Below, in pieces: positions 9,719-19,223 of a stretch of DNA of 20,344 bases. The notes under the pieces are model-generated. The model did no database searches. It was not told the origin of the DNA and saw only the letters and a program-made list of their open reading frames with translations. The translations under genes were made by a program, and so were the position numbers. The DNA is from Oopsacas minuta (taxonomy: Eukaryota > Animalia > Porifera), in contig JAKMXF010000114.1 in the NCBI GenBank assembly GCA_024704765.1, positions 1-20,344 of the forward strand, in the 5' to 3' direction. How positions within the stretch are numbered: the stretch's first letter is position 1; each line of letters begins with the position of its first letter.

Positions 9719-10891
9719 CTACAACTCAGAGAGAGTATCCTCCTCTCTCGTATTGATCAAATAGAGAAAGATTATAATAACAAAACTCAGAAAATGAATA
9801 AATTAGTTGAGACATTGAATACAAATAAATCAATGAATTCAGATACAATAACAGATAACGAATTGAAAGACACTCTAGATGGAGTTATATCATTAATCAA
9901 CAAGATAACAGAACTAACATCTGAGACAGACATTAGTATTGAGTTTGGATGGAACAATCAATTTGAGACTGACATAGAACAGCTAGGGAGCATTAAGCTT
10001 AATAATCAGACTGACATATCTCCCACCCGCACCTTCCCTCCTCAAGTGAAGCCTGTTGTACCTAACTACAAGGCTAAACAGCTGCCTACTGCTTACTACT
10101 GTAATCATTCAGACAAGAAAGCTCCAGGAGAACTGTACTATCCCAGAGGTATAGCAGTTCTTAACCAAACTGGAGACATATACATAGCGGATTATTGCAA
10201 CGATCGTGTACAAGTATTTAGCTGTAACGGAGACTATCTCTTCATGTTCAGTGAGAAGATGGAAAATCCAGTAGGTATCTGTATATCTCAGAATAAAGTG
10301 TTTGTTACACAATGGTATGGTCATTGTATTAATAATTACGAGCTAGAAGGGAAACTAATCAAGAGTGTTGGTAGTAAAGGGAATGGAGAAGCTCAGTTCG
10401 ACGGTCCACGCGGTCTAGATGTCTCTGATAGAAATAGCAATGTGTATGTATGTGATTGTAATAATCATAGAGTTCAAATCTTAACTCAAGAATTCAAGTT
10501 CCATTCCATGCTAGGGATTGATTTGTTCAACCATCCACGTTACGTTAAGGTTACAAGGGACAGAGTATTGGTGCTAGATGAGAGTGATTCGTGTATGTTT
10601 GTGTTCAATTCAGATCACGTTCTAACCAACAGACTGATAACTAGAGGTGGTGGCAAACAAACAAACTATCCATGCTGTTTCGACATAGACAGAGACTATA
10701 ACATCATTATGAGTGACTACAGAAATCACTGTGTGTACGTATTCAATCAGGAGGGAGAACAGATACACAAGTTTGGGAAGGAAGGTCAGGGTATCGGGGA
10801 GTTCATTAATCCCTGGGGAATAGCACTAGACAACACAGGACACATTATTGTTGTGTGTAAGAAGAATACTAATTGTCTACAATTCTTTTGA
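9719..10891 (+). CDS. Coiled-coil plus six NHL repeats (TRIM-NHL-like beta-propeller), probably 5'-partial
   Basis: Six NHL repeats (YPRGIAV..IYIADYCNDRVQVF, GPRGLDV..VYVCDCNNHRVQIL, NPWGIAL.. etc.). The frame is open 25 codons upstream of ATG 9794 (LQLRESILLSRIDQIEKDYNNKTQK) to the N. Confidence 0.9.
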   Translation, partial: LQLRESILLSRIDQIEKDYNNKTQKMNKLVETLNTNKSMNSDTITDNELKDTLDGVISLINKITELTSETDISIEFGWNNQFETDIEQLGSIKLNNQTDISPTRTFPPQVKPVVPNYKAKQLPTAYYCNHSDKKAPGELYYPRGIAVLNQTGDIYIADYCNDRVQVFSCNGDYLFMFSEKMENPVGICISQNKVFVTQWYGHCINNYELEGKLIKSVGSKGNGEAQFDGPRGLDVSDRNSNVYVCDCNNHRVQILTQEFKFHSMLGIDLFNHPRYVKVTRDRVLVLDESDSCMFVFNSDHVLTNRLITRGGGKQTNYPCCFDIDRDYNIIMSDYRNHCVYVFNQEGEQIHKFGKEGQGIGEFINPWGIALDNTGHIIVVCKKNTNCLQFF

Positions 10892-11050
10892 ATTTAGAAT
10901 CTAATTGTATTATTCCTCGTTGGTTTATCAGATTATTTATTATTTATTATTTATTATTTCCAAATGTATTAGGCATTAGAACAATTTAATAATGGCAATC
11001 CTTGGAGGGTCAGAATCTACCAGAATTCCTTCGTTATTGGAAATTCCTTG

Positions 11051-11195
11051 GAAACTTTATTTTAGCGATTATTATTCCATGAATTGGCCAAGTGTATTAT
11101 GTATCATGATAGCGTCATAAATAATGAGGTAATGATAATGAAATGTCCTTACCCACATGCTTAGATGGACATCGCGTGGAGCTGAGACATTTTTC
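11051..11195. mobile_element. Decayed, internally deleted copy of the TIR element at 14822-15103
   Basis: The left end gaaactttattttagc and right end gagctgagacatttttc (14/17 to the 15087-15103 TIR) resemble that element's TIRs. The internal 16-mer cgtcataaataatgag is shared exactly (11113-11128 and 15033-15048). Confidence 0.65.
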
Positions 11196-11255
11196 AGTAA
11201 TTAACAGGGGCCTTACCTAGTGAACACGTTCATTTTATCGTCCGTATTTCATGTA

Positions 11256-11711
11256 CATTCAACTCCCGTCATATCTAAGCTCAAGGAACCGCGAAAATGA
11301 CTTCGTTATAACCGATGAATGTACAGTCGAACCTCCGAGATCCGGACCTCCAAGATACGGGCACCTCCCTCAACCGGGCACCCTTATTTTATATCAGTCC
11401 AAAAGAATTTCACCATTTCATATAATTCTCCTCATACTAACGTTGACTTCAGCTACTACATTCATATGGGATTACGTTTGTATACAGTAAGTAAACTTAA
11501 TAACAGAATTCGAATACCTAAGGGAACTCATATGTACATTATGGGTTGTAACTACCATAGAGTTAATGATATTTCCGAGATCCAGGCACCCTCCGGTCCC
11601 ACACTGCCCGGATCTCGGAGGTTCTACTGTATGTTGCTTTTGACGTTTTGGGACTGGAATGGGACCATATTTGTACAATTCCACATTTCGGTATAACGGG
11701 AGTTGACTATG
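11256..11711. mobile_element. Older pogo/Tc1-mariner-like MITE (outer host of a nested insertion)
   Basis: Imperfect TIRs: TA|cattcaactcccgtcatatc on the left and ggtataacgggagttgactatg|TA on the right. An internal ttcgttataaccga motif is present. Confidence 0.65.
11324..11629. mobile_element. 306-bp pogo/Tc1-mariner-like MITE
   Basis: 22-bp TIRs CAGT(C/A)GAACCTCCGAGATCCGG with 1 mismatch, flanked by TA at 11322-11323 and 11630-11631. Confidence 0.9.
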
Positions 11712-11771
11712 TAATGTTATCACAATTTTGAGATTAATGAATTAATTAATTTTCTATTTATAGCTATCCCA

Positions 11772-12527
11772 ATGTTAGACCTACTATTTGAGATCAGCTG
11801 TGGTGTTATATACTTATTATCCACACCTTTTTGGTTTGTAATACAAGCTATAGAATATGTATTATACCTAGTGGTTCAATGTCTGTATTTGTGTGTATTC
11901 AGCTTAATCCCATTCTTACTGACAGTAGTAATACCGTTCATATGGGAGTATGTTGGATCTCCAATCACAGATATTCTCATTTTTATCGGTAAATACGTTG
12001 TGGATATTGCATTGATTATTATCAACTTTCTGCTATACCCTCCTATACCTTCTGGTATTGGTAAAATCGTGCTTATATTCGCTAGTGCTTATTTTCTGAT
12101 GAGATTTTCAAATTTTTTCCTAAAACAAGCTTTAAATCCGATTTTCGTAACGATTGACCTCTATTTCTCTCCGCTATTAATTCCTTTCAAACTTGTTTAC
12201 TCGGGGCTAAAGTTTGTTTATACAGCAGCTCGTGGCGGTAAGAAACAACAACAAACTCCCGAGGAGATAATACCGGAATATTTGACACAAGTACGACCAG
12301 TCGAACAGCCATTACAGAGAGCCAGACGACGAATAGTTAAAATCACAAATCCAGATGACACCTTGTGCATAGTTTGCTTTACTAACCCCAAATGTATGTT
12401 AATAAGGCCTTGTAATCATGCTTGTTTATGTGTTGACTGTGCTAAAATGTTAACTGAAGAAATGCCAGTAACGGAATGTCCTCTATGTAGAACTATTATT
12501 AATCGAATTGAAAGAATTTACATATAA
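11772..12527 (+). CDS. RNF26: Multi-pass membrane E3 ligase with a C-terminal RING-HC finger, RNF26-like
   Basis: A long hydrophobic N-terminal half is followed by the terminal RING CIVC..PCNHACLCVDCA..ECPLCR..RIYI. This architecture matches RNF26; orthology is untested. Confidence 0.7.
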   Translation: MLDLLFEISCGVIYLLSTPFWFVIQAIEYVLYLVVQCLYLCVFSLIPFLLTVVIPFIWEYVGSPITDILIFIGKYVVDIALIIINFLLYPPIPSGIGKIVLIFASAYFLMRFSNFFLKQALNPIFVTIDLYFSPLLIPFKLVYSGLKFVYTAARGGKKQQQTPEEIIPEYLTQVRPVEQPLQRARRRIVKITNPDDTLCIVCFTNPKCMLIRPCNHACLCVDCAKMLTEEMPVTECPLCRTIINRIERIYI

Positions 12528-13434
12528 TTCCTTTCGGATTTTTTCTTGCTACGAAGTTGTATTCGAGTTTATCAATCTCTATAAATGATTTTATTTCTTC
12601 TTTTGTTAATATTATAGATTTACCAGGGATATATCAATTGCTATGGAGTCTTGTTATACACTAGCTGCATCTGGTTAATTTTGTGGGTGTCTGTAGTATA
12701 TGGGACGATTATATGTCAGCGGTCAATTATCGGAAAGATCTTTCTCCTGAGAACCTAAGCTATAAGGTATGGGTAAAGCAAAATTGAAGAATACTTTCGA
12801 AGCAAACAGCTGATTATTGCAAAATATACCATTATCTGCTAATCTGCTTGTTTTAGTAATCCAAATTTTCACTTTTATGAATATCAAAATGTATTCAATC
12901 TTTACGGGGATTGGCACATGTACTCTGTACCCCTCCACTCCCTGACAACCTAGCAACGCAACCGGACCATAACAATGCACATACAATTAGATTATTAGTT
13001 TGGGCGTATTAGTTAGAACATTCTGTAAAATAAGAATATTATTAACCCATCACAATAGATTAGCTACTGAGATTAAATACTGGTAAGCTCTCTTCTTCTT
13101 TACCACTCTAGTCAGCCTCTCTGTCCTATGACATCAAGGTGTTACAAGAGCGGTACAATATGCTTATACGACACACTCGATTCATATCGAAATGTATAAA
13201 TAGGAGAGCATCCTCAATTAGCAAATATAAATATTTAAAATAAAATCTATGAGAAGTGAGAACACTGGATATAAGAACTATCCGCATGGAAAACGGTTCT
13301 CATATGAACAGTAAATCACTGGTGATGTTCTTATAACTGGCATCAGCCGTAAATGAGTAAATAATAATAATAACAAATGCTTCAACTAATGTATTTATGA
13401 AATCGGATAGAAATCGAACTCCTCGCTTATCGAA

Positions 13435-14762
13435 TCAGCGAAATAGGTAAACACAATTCCTAGACAAACTCCAGTTATATCGGAGTAAATTGTGCGGTTC
13501 TTTGATATTCAATACATCCAAATTCGTACTGTAATACATTCATTACTTACCTGTTGAGTTGTTTGATGTATCTAGAGATGGAGAAGTATTTCCCTCTTTA
13601 ATCGACTGTTCTAGTAAATTCTTGAGAAAATCCTTTATCAATATAACCTACATATGATTACACAAGTATTGTTTGATAAATATTGAAGATTCCTTTACAT
13701 AACTTACTTCGTTGTTAAGTTCCTTCAGTTTTTCCATCACTTTCCCATTCAAGTTTGTTTGTTCTTTTGGTTTTACATTGTTTGATGTATATTGACGCCT
13801 TATGGAAGGTAAACAAATAAATATATAAATGGATCCTCGTTAACATGCTTGCCCCTTGAGAATCATATCTCATGGCATACGCATGATACGATATATGCGT
13901 GTACATGTACGTACATACAAATACATCTAAGCAGGCTACTTACCAATATTTTTGTACTACAAGCGTTGCTTGTAGCCTTCCTTGTTGTTCTTTCCAATTT
14001 TTAAGTTTTTGAACCTATATTGATACGAACAATTAATCAATATGTCAAATTATATTCATATCAATTGTGATATGATAAGAATGGGTTGTTACTAAGCAGA
14101 TAACCCCTCCCCTTGGAGCGTTACGTAACGTGAACGACCTCCTTTGTGAGTTAGGAACAGGACAAAGTTCATATTTCCTAAACCTGGGCTTCAAAGTTTG
14201 CAAAATTTGGTTTATTTATTTCTAGGAATCGAATGGCTGCGAAATTACACTTATCTCTTGTTAATTATCTACAAAGCTAACCTCTGTAGTAAGTTCTGAT
14301 ATTTTCCTTGATTGAGTTTCAACCAAATCTTCCAATCTATACCGATAGAGATATTTTAATTCAACATTCACCAAAATACGTTTTAAAATAATTTAATTGA
14401 TTTGCCCTTATGAAAGCTAATAAATAAATAATCTCTAACTTTATACAAATCTCCAATACTTTATCCATTTCTCTTTTATCCTCTACTTCTTCTGAATCAG
14501 AATTATCACCAGAATTGATCAATTCTCGGATATTATCCGTGTCTTCTCCATTATTAGCAAATATTTTTTTCTGTGTGTATGCCTGTAATAGAGTTCTCAT
14601 TGGTACTACAGGTAGTGACATTGTCATATCATGTGATTGCTCCTTGTTTTGTAATTCTATTTCTTCCTTGTTTTCATCTTGAATTGAGGTAAGTTTATCG
14701 GTCAATTCCCCTGGATATATAATATCCTCATCAGAAGACAATAAATCTAGTTTAGACTCCAT
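13435..14762 (-). CDS. Spliced gene, about 233 aa: acidic N-terminus, coiled coil, IQ-like motif
   Basis: Exons 14762-14440, 14336-14282, 14014-13944, 13798-13708, 13647-13551 and tentatively 13499-13435. All introns are GT-AG and phase-compatible (three have GTAAGT donors). The protein reads ...ICIKLEDLVETQSRKISELTTEVQKLKNWKEQQGRLQATLVVQKYWRQY... The last exon and the start are uncertain. Confidence 0.7.
14103..14143 (-). mobile_element. Possible solo TIR remnant in intron 2
   Basis: The reverse complement reads aggaggtcgttcacgttacgtaacgctccaaggggagggg, with the 12-bp palindrome cgttacgtaacg at 14119-14130. It resembles DNA-transposon termini, but no partner TIR was seen. Confidence 0.3.
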
Positions 14763-14821
14763 CTATTTGGATGTTTTATTAAGCGCTGAGCTTCAGTGAT
14801 ACGTGGTTGCCTCACTGGTTG

Positions 14822-15103
14822 GAAACTTGTTTCAGCTCCACCGCTTGCATCAGGTTTACCTGCCGCCTGAATTTTGTCAGTATTTCACTATTTTCTCAGT
14901 GAATTTCAACTACACAATATATTTACTAGCTAACGGGTGTATAGCAGTAGTCACTCACAAGCGTGAATTAACATATTTCGAAAGCAAAGTAATAGAAAAA
15001 TTTCCATGGAATGGCGACTTTTATTACGATAACGTCATAAATAATGAGATGCCACCCGCCGCCCGCCCGCTTAAATTGCATGATGCGAGCTGAAACAAGT
15101 TTC
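14822..15103. mobile_element. 282-bp MITE-like element with perfect 17-bp TIRs, superfamily uncertain
   Basis: gaaacttgtttcagctc (14822-14838) and gagctgaaacaagtttc (15087-15103). The flanks are ttg and tta, a possible degenerate 3-bp TSD. A relative lies at 11051-11195. Confidence 0.75.
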
Positions 15104-15630
15104 TTAGAGTCTCAATAGATAATATTATAATTGTAAAGCTACCATACGTAAATATTCACTGAGCTATCTAGTAGCTGAATTCTTTAACTGTATAGCTTTG
15201 TTTATCTTCATGGCGGTTTGGTCACCTGTGGGAAACCATTCAAACTAGCGGTAGTCCTTGTCGAAATATTACATGATATAGGAGACGTGATGCATTGTTT
15301 TTACCAAATTCGCCCATATTTTCTATGGCCAAACTTCCTTCCTCATAGAAAATTCACATTTATAGAGACTTACAGAGATTACATTGTTTGTTAGAAATCA
15401 TATTGTCCACTCCAAGATATTGATAATCGCTCTTAACGCCCTTGCGAATATTCGATGAGTTGATAACGTGAATAATATAATCGGAATATTTACTCTGACC
15501 AACGCGAAGACAATTTAAATAGTAAAGATACGATTTAATGAGATTCATTCTGAAAATAGAAATACAAATATATTAGTGAAGAAATATGAATAGAATAACT
15601 ACGAGGATTTAGATTGGAGGTTTGAGGAAG

Positions 15631-16756
15631 TTAGTATTTCCGGAAGCAGCCTTGATCTTGAATGCCAAAACTCATAATATTATCTGAGTTGTCAAGAATT
15701 ATTTCGTTTAAGAAAGAATGATGTCCTCTACCCAGTATATGCTTCATCGCTCCTTTGAGGTGAGAAGATACGAATTTCGTTAGCAGAACTGTCTAATTAA
15801 GAAGTTGCGCTTCTTATCAATTGTGAAGAAGGTAGGTGCTGTCTTTGGTGGCTGATTCTGTTTAGTTAGCTGTATACTCTTCTGGAGAGCACAGTCTTGG
15901 TTGTAGCAGTAGATGGAGTTGTTGTTTGAGCTAGGGTGTAGATTGTGTCAGAGAATACTGTAATGTCTGAAGGGAGTTTGAGTTTTCCTTAGCCGAACTG
16001 AAATAGAATTCAATATTTGAATTATTTGCATATTCCCAGCACATACATATAGCAACCCAATTTCATAACACAATCCTGAGATATTAGTAAATCGCCCTGG
16101 TGTATTGCCTCTTGAGCCTGTTTCCTTTAGGAATTGTCCTGCTAGGCTAAACTTCACAAGAGACTCTTTAGCTTGATCAGTAACGAATACTTCCTCTTTT
16201 GACAGACATATACCCCATGGCTCCTTCAAGTGGTCAGTCCCAAAAGAACGTAAATACTTTCCTTCGGTATTCAACACTTGAATACGACTGTTGTAATAGT
16301 CACAAATGTAAAGTTCATTACTTGCTCTATCTACTGCTATTCCTTACTAATAGGGTTTTATTTCCTAACGTATTCGGGGATCAGTTCAATCAAATCAATT
16401 TCTGCGATTGTCTTTACAAATGTTATCGCTGTAACAACTGAACTCAACAAACTCCAAATTTCAACCGGCACCTCAACTCTTCTAACTTTTGGATTTGCTC
16501 ATCATATTTTTGTGCCGTTGAATGTTACCAAATGCTAATAAGAATAATTTATCAATTTGCTTTCAATATTCTAAGCTGTTGAATAGCTTCCATTAACTCA
16601 GCATTTCTATCATTACCCTCCTTCATTTTGATCAGTCGAGATCTTAAATTTCTCTGAATCATCCGAGACACGCGTAAAGTTCGCCAAAATTTGCAGAACC
16701 TCTGCCATCAACAAATTCGTAATTTGGTTGATATCGAATTCTATTGCTGTGACCAT
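15631..16756 (-). pseudogene. Coiled-coil plus NHL-repeat pseudogene with multiple frameshifts and stops
   Basis: Fragments lie in changing frames from ATG 16756: ..KMKEGNDRNAELMEAIQQLRILK.., EIDLIELIPEY, GIAVDRASNELYICDYYNSRIQVL, KEPWGICLSKEEVFVTD, GKLKLPSDITVF, FFTIDKKRNFLI, KHILGRG..GCFRKY* (stop at 15631-15633). Confidence 0.85.
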
Positions 16757-17377
16757 TTCGTCTGAAACAAAGTGTGTGTATTTGAAATGGTTACAATTTG
16801 TTTATTCAACTCTAAATGTTGTTATTTGTTTGTAATTTCTCTATTTAGTATTTATATTTTATTTATCTGTGCTTTTATAAATTTATTAAAACACGGTCAT
16901 GGCCGTTTATTATAAACCAATTTGTTGGCCCAAATAAATCATTTTCATCAGATTTTCATTAAATGCTAGGTTACTTCCTTATATGGCGATAATATGATTC
17001 CATTTCTAGAAATTTAGAGGTGTAAGCCATTTGTTGTTAATTTTTTGGAACAGGTGTTTTTAGGGTAATTTGAACATACTGAATCCAAAAATCACTCTTC
17101 CAAGCTGAAATATGACGTAATGACCGTCAAAAATTACTTTGGAATAGCGGCTGTTGGGCTAATTTTCTTAGGCAACACAGAAATATCTCAGGAATGTGGC
17201 AACCAAATACTTTATCACAGCTATATTTATCTTGCTAGCTCCCAAGACTACAAAATCATATTTTGACTGAGGTATTATAAGAGGTAATATTTCGCGGTCC
17301 AGACGGTCCATGGAATTACCGGTACGCTGCAATACTGAATTATACTTATATCCCATCAACCAATGGGTCGGTTAATG

Positions 17378-17449
17378 ACTAATTTACATCTCTCTGAGGT
17401 TGACAGGACTCAGCGTTAAGTCCTGTCAACCTCAGAGGTGTAAATTAGT
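17378..17449. repeat. 72-nt near-perfect hairpin
   Basis: A perfect 19-bp inner stem ctctgaggttgacaggact with an 8-nt loop cagcgtta, plus an 11-bp outer stem actaatttaca beyond a small bulge or mismatch. Confidence 0.9.
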
Positions 17450-17622
17450 TGTATGTATTTATGTGCATAGTTTGTAAACTATCTACAAAAATTCCATGCA
17501 ATTGTTAGTGAACCTGGGGTATCACAAAATATTTTACAAATATATATGCAACTACAAGACATATACAGCAGAAGAGCCTCTAAGTATAAGACTTAACTAA
17601 ATCAACTTTTTTGTTCAGCTCA

Positions 17623-18565
17623 CTATTTCAGATCCTCTGCAGTGCCTGAAGCACCGGTCTGCGCATCTTGTTTCGTGCTAGCTCTCCTATTTTCTGCTTC
17701 CCTCTTCTGTCGTTCTGTATCATTACCAAACATTTCATCAAATTCTTCCCCCTGCATGTTGTTAATTAGGATTTGTAGTATCATCAATAGCACAATTCTT
17801 CTTATTTCTTCTTCTTCAGCTTTTTCGTTCTTCAATCTTTCCATTTTCATCTATATCTTTCACCTTATCCAAGATCCGAGGTGTGCACACCATACCTTTC
17901 CTTTGAGTGCGGATACTTTCGATCGTACCAATCAGTCTATTTGTTATAACTTTGTAGTAGAATGCGTCTTTCGATAAATTGGAAATACACATCCAATTCT
18001 GTCTTGCCCTGCCAATGATTTTGTTCTTGAAAATATCAAGTTGATCATTTTCAAGTTCACTATTAATTAAGCGTTCTTGCTTCTCATAGGAGTAGATGTC
18101 CTTCTCGCCTTTTTTCTGTAACCTTTGATCAACCTTAGTGAACACAGGTATTACGTAGTCATAGAAATGTTCATGTTGCATAAATTCTGCAAACATTTCA
18201 AAGTGTTTAACCAGTTCTCTCCCGATTCGTTCAGCTGAACTTATCACAAACAGAAATGCATCTACACCATCTTTAGCTTGATAGAAAGCTTCAGCTAGGT
18301 CCTTCTTGACTTCTTCGCTACTTCTAAAGTCTCCAAATCCTGGAGTGTCGATAATCCTTAGAGTACGACCATCTGCTAGACTGGTACACTCACTCATGTT
18401 CTTTGCTGTTACTCGTGACATATTGTCTGCAGCTTTAAATACTTCTCTCTTCAGTAGAAAGTTTCCAAGACTGCTCTTTCCTGCACCCATTTTCCCAACC
18501 AACATAACTGTATAATTGTCGTAATCTTTCTTTCTGGCGACTGTACCTCCGTGTTTGTTACCCAT
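17623..18565 (-). CDS. B2: AIG1/GIMAP-like GTPase with a +1 frameshift at 17844-17847 (313 aa if corrected); sequencing error or pseudogenising mutation
   Basis: MGNKHGG, GKMGAGKSS, DTPG, FTKVD. Removing one A from GATGAAAATG joins ORFs 17816-18565 and 17623-17850 and restores a gapless alignment with B1 (DKVKDIDEMERLKNEKAEEEEIRR vs DKARVLDDFEKERNRRAEQQEVKR). Confidence 0.85.
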
Positions 18566-18632
18566 TTTGTTGAGGGCTATTATAGCTATTAGTTAGAATC
18601 AGACTTTTAGACGAAATATTATTATGTATATA

Positions 18633-18849
18633 CAGTAAATATCTGTTATAACAAAGTGATTGTTACCCTATAGCTTGTAAGCAAGGTTGCAACCGAATAG
18701 TTCAGTATTCGGTTAGGCTACTATTCATGAATACTGATATTCGGTTTGAGCGGTTTCAACCTTGCTTGTAAGTAATAAATAGCATTTACCCTCTTACAAT
18801 GAAATGAACCCGAGGTCCCGATACCGTGCGTTATATGGAGAGTTTACTG
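18633..18849. mobile_element. Decayed pogo/Tc1-mariner-like MITE upstream of B2
   Basis: TA|CAGTAAAtatctgtTATAAC on the left and GTTATAtggagagTTTACTG|TA on the right, preceded by ggtccc. The TIRs are imperfect. Confidence 0.5.
18682..18764. mobile_element. 83-bp hAT-like mini-element with an 8-bp target-site duplication
   Basis: A perfect TSD CTTGTAAG at 18674-18681 and 18765-18772. TIRs are CAAGGTTG(C/A)AACCG (13/14), with internal tattcggtt subrepeats. Confidence 0.85.
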
Positions 18850-19223
18850 TACGTATGTCGAAATTGGATTGAAGGGAATTTAGAAAACAGAAGGATTTTC
18901 TGCGAATTAAATTAGAAAAACTATATCTTGAAATTATAATCATATCCTGGGCTGTAGGATATTACACTTTTACTCGTATTTGAGAGGTAAATTAATCCCT
19001 GAGTAAATTCATGTGGTGTATAGTTTGCAAATAATTTCATCAACTTGGCCTCTTTATAAAATTATGGTTATTGAATCGCAAAATATATATTTCTCCTGAC
19101 CCATGAGTCTGGTTTGCACACAGTTACAATAAATCTACTATACAAATTACTAACTATAGTTTGCATACTGTTTGTAATACATTTTGCTGTCAAAAGATAT
19201 ATGTTAGTGTGCAAGGATACTCT

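Noticed and set aside
11251-11723. Three overlapping short ORFs
   Set aside because: They lie essentially within the nested MITEs and show no transposase motifs.
12600-13140. Possible extra exons on either strand, and ORF 12723-12986
   Set aside because: No phase-consistent chain or recognisable motif was found.
14361-14439. 3' end of ORF 14361-14762
   Set aside because: It is better explained as read-through into intron 1 (donor at 14439).
14803-15093. 96-aa ORF, and possible upstream exons of the IQ-like gene
   Set aside because: The region is the 17-bp-TIR element. No convincing phase-compatible exon was found.
17840-17860. Programmed ribosomal frameshift in B2
   Set aside because: There is no canonical slippery heptamer, and B1 is continuous at this site, so a simple indel is more parsimonious.
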